Below, piece after piece: positions 13,078 to 26,856 of a stretch of 64,000 nt of DNA; positions within the stretch are counted from its first letter, which is position 1; each line of letters opens with the position of its first letter. Below the pieces are notes generated by a model. It saw nothing but the letters and a program-made list of their open reading frames with translations, was not told the DNA's origin and searched no databases. Source of the stretch: Centroscyllium fabricii (Eukaryota); NCBI GenBank assembly GCA_051313645.2, contig JBNRSN020000031.1:4898001-4962000 (forward strand), written 5' to 3'. A program made the position numbers and the translations under genes.

Positions 13078-14669
13078 ACCTATTATATTCAATTAATCAA
13101 ATGCTGAGTTATCATTGGCCTGCAGGCATCTGTAAGAACTGCCTATTATATTCACGTAATCACATGCTGAGTTATCATTGGCCCACACATCTGTAAGGAC
13201 TACCTATTATATTCACGTAATCACATTCTGATTTATCATTGCCCACAGGCATCTGTAAGGACAACGTATTATATCCACGTAATCACATGCTGAGTTATCA
13301 TTGCCCTACTGGCATCTGTATGGACTACCTATTACATTCACGTAATCACATACTGAGTTATCATCGGCCCACAGGCATCTGTATGGACTACCTATTATAT
13401 TCACGTAATCACATGCTGAGTTATCATTGGCCCACAGGCATCTGGAAGGACTACCTATAATATTCACGTAATCACATGCTGATTTATCATTGGACCAAAG
13501 GCATCTGTAAGGACTACTATTGTATTCACGTAATCACATGCTGAGATATCATTGGCCCACAGGCATCTGTAAGGACTACCTATTATATTTACATAATCAC
13601 ATGCTGAGTTATCATTGGCCCACAGGCATCTGGAAGGACTACCTATTATATTCACGTAATCACATGCTGAATTATCATTGGACCAAAGGCATCTGTAAGG
13701 ACTACCTATTATATTCACGTAATCACATGTTGAGTTATCATTGGCCCACAGGCATCTGTAAGGACTACATATTATATTCACGTAATCACATGCTGAATTA
13801 TCATTGCGCACAGTCATCTGTAAGGACTACCTATTATATTCACGTAATCACATGCTGAGTTATCATTGGCCCAATGGCATCTGTAAGGACTACTATTGTA
13901 TTCACTTAACCACATGCTGAGTTATCATTGGCCGCAGGCATCTGTAAGGACTACCCATTATATTCACGTAATCACATGCTGTGTTATCATTGGCCCATAG
14001 GCATCTGTAAGGACTACTATTGTATTCAAGTAATCAAATGCTGAGTTATTATTGGACTGCAGGCATCTGTAAGGACTACTATTGTATTCACGTAATCACA
14101 TGTTGAGTTATCATTGGCCCGCAGGCATCTGTAAGTCTACCTATTATATTCACGTATTCACATGCTGAGTTATCATTGGCCCACAGGCATCTGTAAGGAC
14201 TACCCATTATATTCACGTAATCACATGCTGAGTTATCATTGGCCCACAGGCAACTGTAAGGACTACTATTGTATTCACGTAATCAAATGCTGAGTTATTA
14301 TTGGACTGCAGGCATCTGTAAGGACTACTATTGTATTCACGTAATCAAATGCTGAGTTATCATTGGCCCACAGGTATCTGTAAGGACTACTATTGTATTC
14401 ACGTAATCACATGCTGAGTTATCATTGGCCCGCAGGCATCTGTAAGGACTACCTATTATATTCACGTAATCACACGCTGAGTTATCATTGGCCCACAGGT
14501 ATCTGTAAGGACTACTACTATATTCACGTAATCACATGCTGAGTTATCATTGGCCCACTGGCATCTGTAAGGACTACTATTGTATTCACGTAATCAAATG
14601 CTGAGTTATCATTGGCACACAGGCATCTGCAAGGACTACTATTGTATTCACGTAATCACATGCTGAGTT
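13078..14669. repeat. 63/62-bp satellite, segment 2
   Basis: Same monomer, resuming in phase after the TSD. Confidence 0.98.
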
Positions 14670-14876
14670 TTTAATCCGCAGGCATGTCGCCTACTGAACG
14701 GCTAACGGCAACTGTTATTATCTGTTATTAATTGTTTTTTTTTATACTTACACTTGTTCTACTTTTACTCGTGCTTTTTTCTTTATAAGTGTGGGAGTGA
14801 ACGGGGAGTAAGCATTCCATTGTACTTGTTACATATGGCAAATAAAGGATCTTGTATCTTGTATCTTGTATCTTGT
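14670..14876 (+). mobile_element. Severely 5'-truncated LINE 3' end, Rex1/Babar-like
   Basis: 14676-14705 reads PQACRLLNG*, which resembles the SFxPQAxRLLN C-terminus of Rex1/Babar ORF2. It is followed by a T-rich 3'UTR, AATAAA at 14841-14846 and a (TCTTGTA)x4 tail. The satellite breaks at GCTGAGTT^ATCATT with no clear TSD. Confidence 0.75.
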
Positions 14877-17800
14877 ATCATTGGCCCGCAGGCATCTGTA
14901 AGGACTACCAATTATATTCACGTAATCACATGCTGAATTATCATTGGACCAAAGGCATCTGTAAGGAGTACCTATTATATTCACGTAATCACATGTTGAG
15001 TTATCATTGGCCCACAGGCATCTGAAAAGACTACCTATTATATTCACGTAATCACATGCTGAGTTATCATTGCCCACAGGCATCTGTAAGGACTACCTAT
15101 TATATTCACGTAATCACATGCTGAGTTATCATTGGCCCACTGGCATCTGTAAGGACTACTATTGTATTCACTTAACCACATGCTGAGTTATCATTGGCCG
15201 CAGGCATCTGTAAGGACTACCCATTCTATTCACGTAATCACATGCTGAGTTATCAATGGCCCACGGGCATCCGTAAGGACTACTATTGTATTCACGTAAT
15301 CTAATGCTGAGTTATCATTGGCCTGCAGGCATCTGTAAGGACAACTATTATATTCACGTAATCACATGCTGAGTTATCATTGGCCCACAGGCATCTGTAA
15401 GGACTACCTATTATATTCACGTAATCACATGCTGAGTTATCATTGGCACACAGGCATCTGTAAGGACTACCTATTATATTCTCGTAATCACATGCTGAAT
15501 TATCATTGGCCCACAGGCATCTGTAAGGACTACCAATTATATTCACGTGATCACATGCTGAGTTATCATTGGCCCACAGGCATCTGTAAGGACTACCTGT
15601 TATATTCATGTAATCTCACGCTGAGTTATCATTGGCCCACAGGCATTTGTAAGGACTACGTATTATATTCACGTAATCACATGCTGAGTTATCATTGGCC
15701 CACAGGCATCTGTAAGGACTACCTATTATATTCACGTAATCCCATGCTGAGATACCATTGGCCCACAGGCATCTGTAAGGACTACCTATTATATTCACGT
15801 AATCACATGCTAAGTTATCATTGGCCCACAGGCATCTGTAAGGACTTCCTATTATATTCACGTAATCACATGCTGAATTATCATTGGCCCACAGGCATCT
15901 GTAATGACTACCTATTATATTTACGTAATCACTTGCTGAGTTATCATTGGCCCGCAGGCATCTGTAAGGACTACCAATTATATTCACGTGATCACATGCT
16001 GAGTTATCATTGGCCCACAGGCATCTGTAAGGACTACTATTGTATTCAATTAACCAAATGCTGAGTTATCATTGGCCCACAGGCATCTGTAAGGACTACT
16101 AATGTATTCACGTAATCACATGCTGAGTTATCATTGGCCCGCAGGCATCTGTAAGGACTAACTATTATATTCACGTAATCAGACGCTGAGTTATCATTGG
16201 CCCACAGGCATCTGTAAGAACTACTATTATATTCACGTAATCACATGCTGAGTTATCTTTGGCCCACTGGCATCTGTAAGGACTACTATTGTATTCAAGT
16301 AATCAAATGCTGAGTTATCATTGGCCCACAGGCATCTGTAAGGACTACTATTGTATTCACGTAATCACATGCTCAGTTATCATTGGCCCACAGGCATCTG
16401 TAAGGACTACCTATTATATTCACGTAATCACATGCTGAATTATCATTGGCCCACAGTCATTTGTAAGGGCTACCTATTATATTCTCGTAATCACATGCTG
16501 AGTTATCATTGGCCCACAGGCATCTGTAAGGACTACCTATTTTATTCACGTAATCACATGATGAGTTATCATTGGCCCACAGGCATCTGTAAGGACTACC
16601 TATTATATTCCCGCAATAATATGCTGAGTTATCATTGGCCCATGGGCATTTGTAAGGTCTACCTATTATATTCACGTAATCAAAGGCTGAGATATAATTG
16701 GCCCACAGGCTACTGTAAGGACTATCTATTATACTCAGGTAATCACATGCTGAATTATCATTGGCCCACAGGCATCTGTAAAAACTACCTATTATATTCA
16801 CGTAATCACATGCTGAGTTATCATTGGCCCACAGGTATCTGTAAGGACTACCTATTATATTCACGTAATCACATGCTGAGTTATCATTGGCCGACTGGCA
16901 TCTGTAAGGACTACTATTGTATTCACTTAATCACATGCTGAGTTATCATTGGCCTGCAGGCATCTGTAAGGACAACTATTATATTCACGTAATCACATGC
17001 TGAGTTATCAATGGCCCACGGGCATCTGTAAGGACTACTATTGTATTCACTAAATCTAATGCTGAGTTATCATTGGCCTGCAGGCATCTGTAAGGACAAC
17101 TATTATATTCACGTAATCACATGCTGAGTTATCATTGGCCCACAGGCATCTGTAAGGACTACCTATTATATTCACGTAATCACATGCTGAGTTATCATTG
17201 GCACACAGGCATCTGTAAGGACTACCTATTATATTCACGTAATCACATGCTGAATTATCATTGGCCCACAGGCATCTGAAAGGACTACCAATTATATTCA
17301 CGTGATCACATGCTGAGTTATCATTGGCCCACAGGCATCTGTAAGGACTACCTGTTATATTCATGTAATCTCACGCTGAGTTATCATTGGCCCACAGGCA
17401 TTTGTAAGGACTACGTATTATATTCACGTAATCACATGCTGAGTTATCATTGGCCCACAGGCATCTGTAAGGACTACCTATTATATTCACGTAATCACAT
17501 GCTGAGTTATCATTGGCCCACAGGCATCTGTAAGGACTACCTATTATATTCACGTAATCCCATGCTGAGATACCATTGGCCCACAGGCATCTGTAAGGAC
17601 TACCTATTATATTCACGTAATCACATGCTGAATTATCATTGGCCCACAGGCATCTGTAATGACTACCTATTATATTTATGTAATCACATGCTGAGTTATC
17701 ATTGGCCCGCAGGCATCTGTAAGGACTACCAATTATATTCACGTGATCACATGCTGAGTTATCATTGGCCCACAGGCATCTGTAAGGACTACTAATGTAT

Positions 17801-20800
17801 TCACGTAATCACATGCTGAGTTATCATTGGCCCGCAGGCATCTGTAAGGACTACCTATTATATTCACGTAATCAGACGCTGAGTTATCATTGGCCCACAG
17901 GCATCTGTAAGGTCTACTATTATATTCACGTAATCACATGCTGAGTTATCATTGGCCCACTGGCTTCTGTAAGGACTACTATTGTATTCAATTAATCAAA
18001 TGCTGAGTTATCATTGGCCCACAGGCATCTGTAAGGACTACTATTGTATTCACGTAATCACATGCTGAGTTATCATTGGCCCGCAGGCATCTGTAAGGGC
18101 TCCTATTATATTCACGTAATCACATGCTGAGTTATCATTGGCCCACAGGCATCTGTAAGGACTACCTATTATATTCACGTAATCACATGCTGAATTATCA
18201 TTGGCCCACAGGCATTTGTAAGGGTTACCTATTATATTCACGTAATCACATGCTGAGTTATCATTGGCCCACAGGCATCTGTAAGGACTACCTATTTTAT
18301 TCACGTAATCACATGATGAGTTATCATTGGCCCACAGGCATCTGTAAGGACTACCTATTATATTCCCGCAATAATATGCTGAGTTATCATTGGCCCATGG
18401 GCATCTGTAAGGTCTACCTATTATATTCACGGAATCAAATGCTGAGATATCATTGGCCCACAGGCTACTGTAAGGACTACCTATTATACTCAGGTAATCA
18501 CATGCTGAATTATCATTGGCCCACAGGCATCTGTAAAAACTACCTATTATATTCACGTAATCACATGCTGAGTTATCATTGGCCCACAGGTATCTGTAAG
18601 GACTACCTATTATATTCACGTAATCACATGCTGAGTTATCATTGGCCCACTGGCATCTGTAAGGACTACGTATTATATTCACGTAATCACATGCTGAGTT
18701 ATCATTGGCCCACAGGTATCTGTAAGGACTACCTATTATATTCACGTAATCACATGCTGAGTTATCATTGGCCCACAGGCTTCTGGAAGGACTACCTATT
18801 ATATTCACGTAATCACATTCTAAATTATCATTGGACCAAAGGCATCTGTAAGGACTACCTATTATATTCACGTAATCACATGTTGAGTTATCATTGGCCC
18901 ACAGGCATCTGTAAGGACTACCTATTATACTCACGTAATCACATGCTGAGTTATCATTGGCCCACAGGCATCTGTAAGGACTACATATTATATTGACGTA
19001 ATCACATGCTGAATTATGATTGGCCCACAGGCATCTGGAAGGACTACCTATTATATTCACGTAATCACATGCTGAGTTATCATTGGCCACAGGCATCTGT
19101 AAGGACAACCTATTATATTCACGTAATCACATGCTGAGTTATCATTGGCCCACAGGCATCTTTAAGGACTACCTATTATATTCACGTAATCACATGCTGA
19201 GTTATCATTGGCCTGCAGGCATCTGTAAGGACTGCCTATTATATTCACGTAACCACATGCTGAGTTATCATTGGCCCACAGGCATCTGTAAGGACTAACT
19301 ATTATATTCACGTAATCACATGCTGAGTTATCATTGGCGACAGGCATCTCTAAAGACTACCTATTATATTCACGTAATCACATGCTGAGTTATCATTGGC
19401 CCACAGGCATCTGTAAGGACTACCTTTTATATTCACGTAATCACATTCTGAATTATCATTGGCCCACAGGCATCTGTAAGGACAACCTATTATATTCACG
19501 TAATCACATGCTGAGTTATCATTGGCCCACAGGCACCTGTAAGGACTACCTATTATATTCACGTAATCACATGCTGAGTTATCATTGGCCCACAGGCATC
19601 AGTTAGGACTACCTATTATATTCACATAATCACATGCTGAATTATCATTGGCCCACAGGCATCTGTAAGGACTACCTATTATATTCACGTAATCAAATGC
19701 TGAGTTATCATTGCCCACTGGCATCTGTAAGGACTACCTATTATATTCACGTAATCACATGCTGAGATATCATTGGCCCACTGGCATCTGTAAGGACTAC
19801 CTATTATATTCACGTAATCACATGCTAAGTTATCATTGGCCCACAGGCATCTGTAAGGACTACCTATTATATTCACGTAATCACATTCTGAATTATCATT
19901 GGAACACAGGCATCTGTAAGGACTACCTATTATATTCCCGTAATCATATGCTGAGTTATCATTGGCCCACAGACATCTGTAAGGATTACCTTTTATATTC
20001 ACGTAATCACATGCTGAGTTATCATTGCGCACAGGCATCTGTAAGGACTACCTATTATATTCCCGCAATAATATGCTGAGTTATCATTGGCCCATGGGCA
20101 TCTGTAAGGTCTACCTATTATATTCACGTAATCAAATGCTGAGATATCATTGGCCCACAGGCAACTGTAAGGACTACCTATTATATTCAGGTAATCACAT
20201 GCTGAATTATCATTGGCCCACAGGCATCTGTAAAAACTACCTATTATATTCACGTAATCACATGCTGAGTTATCATTGGCCCACAGGCATCTGTAAGGAC
20301 TACCTGTTATATTCACGTGATCACATGCTGAGTTATCATTGGCCCACAGGCATCTGTAAGGACTACTAATGTATTCACGTAATCACATGCTGAGTTATCA
20401 TTGGCCCGCAGGCATCTGTAAGGACTACCTATTATATTCACGTAATCAGACGCTGAGTTATCATTGGCCCACAGGCATCTGTAAGGACTACTATTATATT
20501 CACGTAATCACATGCTGAGTTATCATTGGCCCACTGGCTTCTGTAAGGACTACTATTGTATTCAATTAATCAAATGCTGAGTTATCATTGGCCCACAGGC
20601 ATCTGTAAGGACTACTATTGTATTCACGTAATCACATGCTGAGTTATCATTGGCCCGCAGGCATCTGTAAGGGCTCCTATTATATTCACGTAATCACATG
20701 CTGAGTTATCATTGGCCCACAGGCATCTGTAAGGACTACCTATTATATTCACGTAATCACATGCTGAATTATCATTGGCCCACAGGCATTTGTAAGGGTT

Positions 20801-23800
20801 ACCTATTATATTCACGTAATCACATGCTGAGTTATCATTGGCCCACAGGCATCTGTAAGGACTACCTATTTTATTCACGTAATCACATGATGAGTTATCA
20901 TTGGCCCACAGGCATCTGTAAGGACTACCTATTATATTCCCGCAATAATATGCTGAGTTATCATTGGCCCATGGGCATCTGTAAGGTCTACCTATTATAT
21001 TCACGGAATCAAATGCTGAGATATCATTGGCCCACAGGCTACTGTAAGGACTACCTATTATACTCAGGTAATCACATGCTGAATTATCATTGGCCCGCAG
21101 GCATCTGTAAAAACTACCTATTATATTCACGTAATCACATGCTGAGTTATCATTGGCCCACAGGTATCTGTAAGGACTACCTATTATATTCACGTAATCA
21201 CATGCTGAGTTATCATTGGCCCACTGGCATCTGTAAGGACTCCGTATTATATTCACGTAATCACATGCTGAGTTATCATTGGCCCACAGGTATCTGTAAG
21301 GACTACCTATTATATTCACGTAATCACATGCTGAGTTATCATTGGCCCACAGGCTTCTGGAAGGACTACCTATTATATTCACGTAATCACATTCTAAATT
21401 ATCATTGGACCAAAGGCATCTGTAAGGACTACCTATTATATTCACGTAATCACATGTTGAGTTATCATTGGCCCACAGGCATCTGTAAGGACTACCTATT
21501 ATACTCACGTAATCACATGCTAAGTTATCATTGGCCCACAGGCATCTGTAAGGACTACATATTATATTGACGTAATCACATGCTGAATTATGATTGGCCC
21601 ACAGGCATCTGTAAGGACTACCTATTATATTTACGTAATCACATGCTGAGTTATCATTGGCCACAGGCATCTGTAAGGACAACCTATTATATTCACGTAA
21701 TCACATGCTGAGTTATCATTGGCCCACAGGCATCTTTAAGGACTACCTATTATATTCACGTAATCACATGCTGAGTTATCATTGGCCTGCAGGCATCTGT
21801 AAGGACTAACTTTTATATTCACGTAATCACATGCTGAGTTATCATTGGCGACAGGCATCTCTAAAGACTACCTATTATATTCACGTAATCACATGCTGAG
21901 TTATCATTGGCCCACAGGCATCTGTAAGGACTACCTTTTATATTCACGTAATCACATTCTGAATTATCATTGGCCCACAGGCATCTGTAAGGACAACCTA
22001 TTATATTCACGTAATCACATGCTGAGTTATCATTGGCCCACAGGCACCTGTAAGGACTACCTATTATATTCACGTAATCACATGCTGAGTTATCATTGGC
22101 CCACAGGCATCAGTTAGGACTACCTATTATATTCACATAATCACATGCTGAATTATCATTGGCCCACAGGCATCTGTAAGGACTACCTATTATATTCACG
22201 TAATCAAATGCTGAGTTATCATTGCCCACTGGCATCTGTAAGGACTACCTATTATATTCACGTAATCACATGCTGAGATATCATTGGCCCACTGGCATCT
22301 GTAAGGACCACCTATTATATTCACTTAATCACATGCTAAGTTATCATTGGCCCACAGGCATCTGTAAGGACTACCTATTATATTCACGTAATCACATTCT
22401 GAATTATCATTGGCCCACAGGCATCTGTAAGGACTACCTATTATATTCCCGTAATCATATGCTGAGTTATCATTGGCCCACAGATGTCTGTAGGGATTAC
22501 CTTTTATATTCACGTAATCACATGCTGAGTTATCATTGCGCACAGGCATCTGTAAGGACTACCTATTATATTCCCGCAATAATATGCTGAGTTATCATTG
22601 GCCCATGGGCATCTGTAAGGTCTACCTATTATATTCACGTAATCAAATGCTGAGATATCATTGGCCCACAGGCAACTGTAAGGACTACCTATTATATTCA
22701 GGTAATCACATGCTGAATTATCATTGGCTCACAGGCATCTGTAAAAACTACCTATTATATTCACGTAATCACATGCTGAGTTATCATTGGCCCACAGGCA
22801 TCTGTAAGGACTACCTGTTATATTCACGTAATCCCATGCTGAGTATTCATTGGCCCACAGGCATTTGAAAGGACTACCTATTATATTCAAGTATTCACAT
22901 ATTGAGTTATCATTGGCCCACAGCCATCTGTAAGGACTACCTTTTATATTCACGTAATCACATGCTGAGTTATCATTGGCCAACAGGCATCTGTAAGGAC
23001 TACCTATTATATTCACGTAATCATATGTTGAGTTATCATCGGCCAACAGTCACCTGTAAGGACAACCTATTGTATTCAATGAATCACATGCTGAGTTATC
23101 ATTGGCTCACAGGCATCTGTAAGGACTACCTATTATATTCACGTAATCACATGCTGAGTTATCATTGGCCCACAGGCATCTCTAAGGACCACCTATTATA
23201 TTCACGTAGTCACATGCTGAGTTATCATTGGCCCACAGGCATCTGTAAGGACTACCTATTATATTCACGTAATCACATGCTGAGTTATCATTGGCCCGCA
23301 GGCATCTGGAAGGACTACCTATTATATTCACGTAATCACATGCTGAATTATCATTGAACCAAAGGCATCTGTAAGGTCTGTCTATTATATTCACGTAATC
23401 ACATGCTGTGTTATCATTGGCCACAGGCATCTGTAAAGACTACCTATTATATTCACGTTATCACATGCTGAGTTATCATTGGCCCACAGGCATCTGTAAG
23501 GACTACCTTTTATATTCACGTAATCACATGCTGAATTATCATTGGCCCACAGGCATCTTTAAGGACTACCTATTATATTCTCGTAATCAGATGCTGAGTT
23601 ATCATTGGCCCACAGGCATCTGTAAGGACTACCTTTTATATTCACGTAATCACATGCTGAATTATCATTGGCCCACAGGCATCTGTAAGGACTACCTATT
23701 ATATTCTCGTAATCACATGCTGAGTTATCATTGGCCCACAGGCATCAGTAAGGACTACCTATTATATTCACGTATTCACATGCAGAGATATCATCGGCCA

Positions 23801-25722
23801 ACAGTTATCTTTAAGGACAACCTATTGTATTCAAGTAAACACATGCTGAGTTATCATTGGCCCACAGGCATCTGTAAGGACTACCTATTATATTAACGTA
23901 ATCACATGCTGAGTTATCATTGGCCCACAGGCATCTGTAAGGACTACCTATTATATTCACGTAATCACATGCTGAATTATCATTGGCCCACAGGCATCTG
24001 TAAGGACAACCTATTATATTCACGTAATCACATGCTGAGTTATCATTGGCCCACTGGCACCTGTAAGGACTACCTATTATATTCACGTAATCAAATGCTG
24101 AGATATCATTGGCCCACAGGCATCTGTAAGGACTACCTATTATATTCACGCAATCACATGCTGAGTTATCATTGGCCCACAGGCATCAGTTAGGACTACC
24201 TATTATATTCACATAATCACATGCTGAATTATCATTGGCCCACAGGCATCTCTAAGGACTACCTATTATATTCACGTAATCAAATGCTGAGTTATCATTG
24301 CCCACTGACATCTGTAAGGACTACCTATTATATTCACGTAATCACATGCTGAGATATCATTGGCCCACAGGCATCTGTAAGGACTACCTATTATATTCAC
24401 GTAATCACATGCTAAGTTATCATTGGCCCACAGGCATCTGTAAGGACTACCTATTATATTCACGTAATCACATTCTGAATTAATATTGGCCCACAGGCAT
24501 CTGTAAGGACTACCTATTATATTCCCGTAATCATATGCTGAGTTATCATTGGCCCACAGACATCTGTAAGGATTACCTTTTATATTCACGTAATCACATG
24601 CTGAGTTATCATTGCGCACAGGCATCTGTAAGGACTACCTATTATATTCCCGCAATAATAAGCTGAGTTATCATTGGCCCATGGGCATCTGTAAGGTCTA
24701 CGTATTATATTCACGTAATCAAATGCTGAGATATCATTGGCCCACAGGCAAATGTAAGGACTACCTATTATATTCAGGTAATCACATGCTGAATTATCAT
24801 TGGCCCACAGGCATCTGTAAAAACTACATATTATATTCAGGTAATCACATGCTGAGTTATCATTGGCCCACAGGCATCTGTAAGGACTACCTGTTATATT
24901 CACGTAATCCCATGCTGAGTATTCATTGGCCCAGAGGCATTTGGAAGGACTACCTGTTATATTCACCTATTCACATATTGAGTTATCATTGGCCCACAGC
25001 CATCTGTAAGGACTAACTTTTATATTCACGTAGTCACATGCTGAGTTATCATTGGCCAACAGGCATCTGTAAGGACTACCTATTATATTCACGTAATCAT
25101 ATGCTGAGTTATCATCGGCCAACAGTCACCTGTAAGGACAACCTATTGTATTCAAAGAATCACATGCTGAGTTATCATTGGCTACAGGCATCTGTAAGGA
25201 CTACCTATTATATTCACGTAATCACATGCTGAGTTATCATTGGCCCACAGGCATCTGTAAGGACTACCTATTATATTCACGTAATCACATGCTGAGTTAT
25301 CATTGGCCCACAGGCATCTGTAAGGACTACCTATTATATTCACGTAATCACATGCTGAGTTATCATTGGCCCACAGGCATCTGGTAGGACTACCTATTAT
25401 ATTCATGTAATCACATGCTGAATTATCATTGGAACAAAGGCATCTGTAAGTACTACTATTGTATTCACGTAATCAAATGCTGAGTTAACATTGGCCCACA
25501 GGCATCTGTAAGAACTACCTATTATATTTACGTAATCACATGCTGAGTTATCATTGGCCCACAGGCATCTGGAAGGACTACCTATTATATTCAGGTAATC
25601 ACATGCTGAGTTATCATTGGCCCGCAGGCATCTGGAAGGACTACCTATTATATTCACGTAATCACATGCTGAATTATCATTGGACCAAAGGCATCTGTAA
25701 GGACTACCTATTATTTTCAATT
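14877..25722. repeat. 63/62-bp satellite, segment 3
   Basis: Same monomer. Contains long blocks paralogous to 1-9.5 kb. Confidence 0.99.
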
Positions 25723-26856
25723 ATATAGATACATAGATACATAGATGATAGGAGCAGGAGTAGGCCATTCGGCCCTTCGAGCCTGCTCCGCCATTCAATG
25801 AGATCATGGCTGATCCTTCAGTTCAGTATCCCGTCCCTGCCTTCTCTCCGTAACCTTTAACCCCTTTTGCCTGCAGAAATATATCTAATTCCCTCTTAAA
25901 TATGTTTAATGAGCTGGCGTCCACTGCCCTCTGTGGCAGTGAGTTCCACAGGTTCACCACTCTCTGGGTGAATAAATTCCTCCTCATCGCTGTCCTAAAT
26001 GGTTTAGCCCTTATCCTTAAACTGTGTCCCCTAGTTCTATACTCTCCTGCCATCGGAAACATTCCTTCTGCATCTAGTCTGTCCAGGCCTGTCAGAATTT
26101 TATATGTTTCTATGAGATCCCCTCTCAATCTTCTAAACTCCAGTGTGTACATCCCCAAACTACATAGTCTCTCCTCATAGGTCATTCCTGCCATTCCTGG
26201 TATCAGCCTGGTGAATCGCCGCTGCACTCCTTCCATGGCAAGAACATCCTTCCTCAGATGAGGCGACCAAAACTGCACACAGTACTCGAGGTGTGGTCTC
26301 ACCAGTGCCCTGTACAGCTGTAGTAAGGTGTCCTTGTTCCTGTATTCTAACCCTTTTGATATGAAGGCCAGCATACCATTTGCCTTCCTGACCGCCTGTT
26401 GCACCTGCATGCTCGCCTTCAATGACTGGTGCACAAGAACACCCAGGTCTCGCTGTACTTCCCCATCTCCCAATTATTGCCATTTAAATAATAATTTGCC
26501 CTCCCGTTTTTGCCCCCAAGGTGGATAACTTCACACTTATCCACATTATAGTGCATTTGCCATGTATCTGCCCAGTCCCCCAATTTGTCCAAATCGCTCT
26601 GGAGCTTCCTGATCCCCTCCTCTGAGCCTACCCCCCCTCCTAGTTTAGTGTCGTCTGCGAATTTGGAGATGCTGCATCCGATTCCCTGATCTAGGTCATT
26701 AATATAAATTGTGAACAGCTGGGGACCCAGAACAGATCCCTGAGGTACCCCACTTGTTACTGCATGCCATTCAGAAAATGAGCCGTTTATTCCAACTCTC
26801 TGTTTTCTATCTGCCAGCCAGTTCTCTATCCACGTCAATACTTTTCCCCTGAGAAT
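25723..26856 (-). mobile_element. 5'-truncated CR1-clade LINE (HER1-like), ~1.13 kb
   Basis: Octamer tail (ATAGATAC)n at ~25725-25746 on the + strand, CR1 3' stem-loop at 25751-25789, and the C-terminal half of the RT. Ends are accurate to within a few bases and there is no TSD. Confidence 0.95.
25823..26856 (-). pseudogene. CR1 ORF2 fragment (RT C-terminal half) with one frameshift
   Basis: GVPQGSVLGPQLF and SKFADD are in one frame; QRDLGV, LYRALVRPHLEYCVQFWSP and TRGHSL are in another. An apparent 1-nt loss near 26474 joins the two. Confidence 0.92.
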
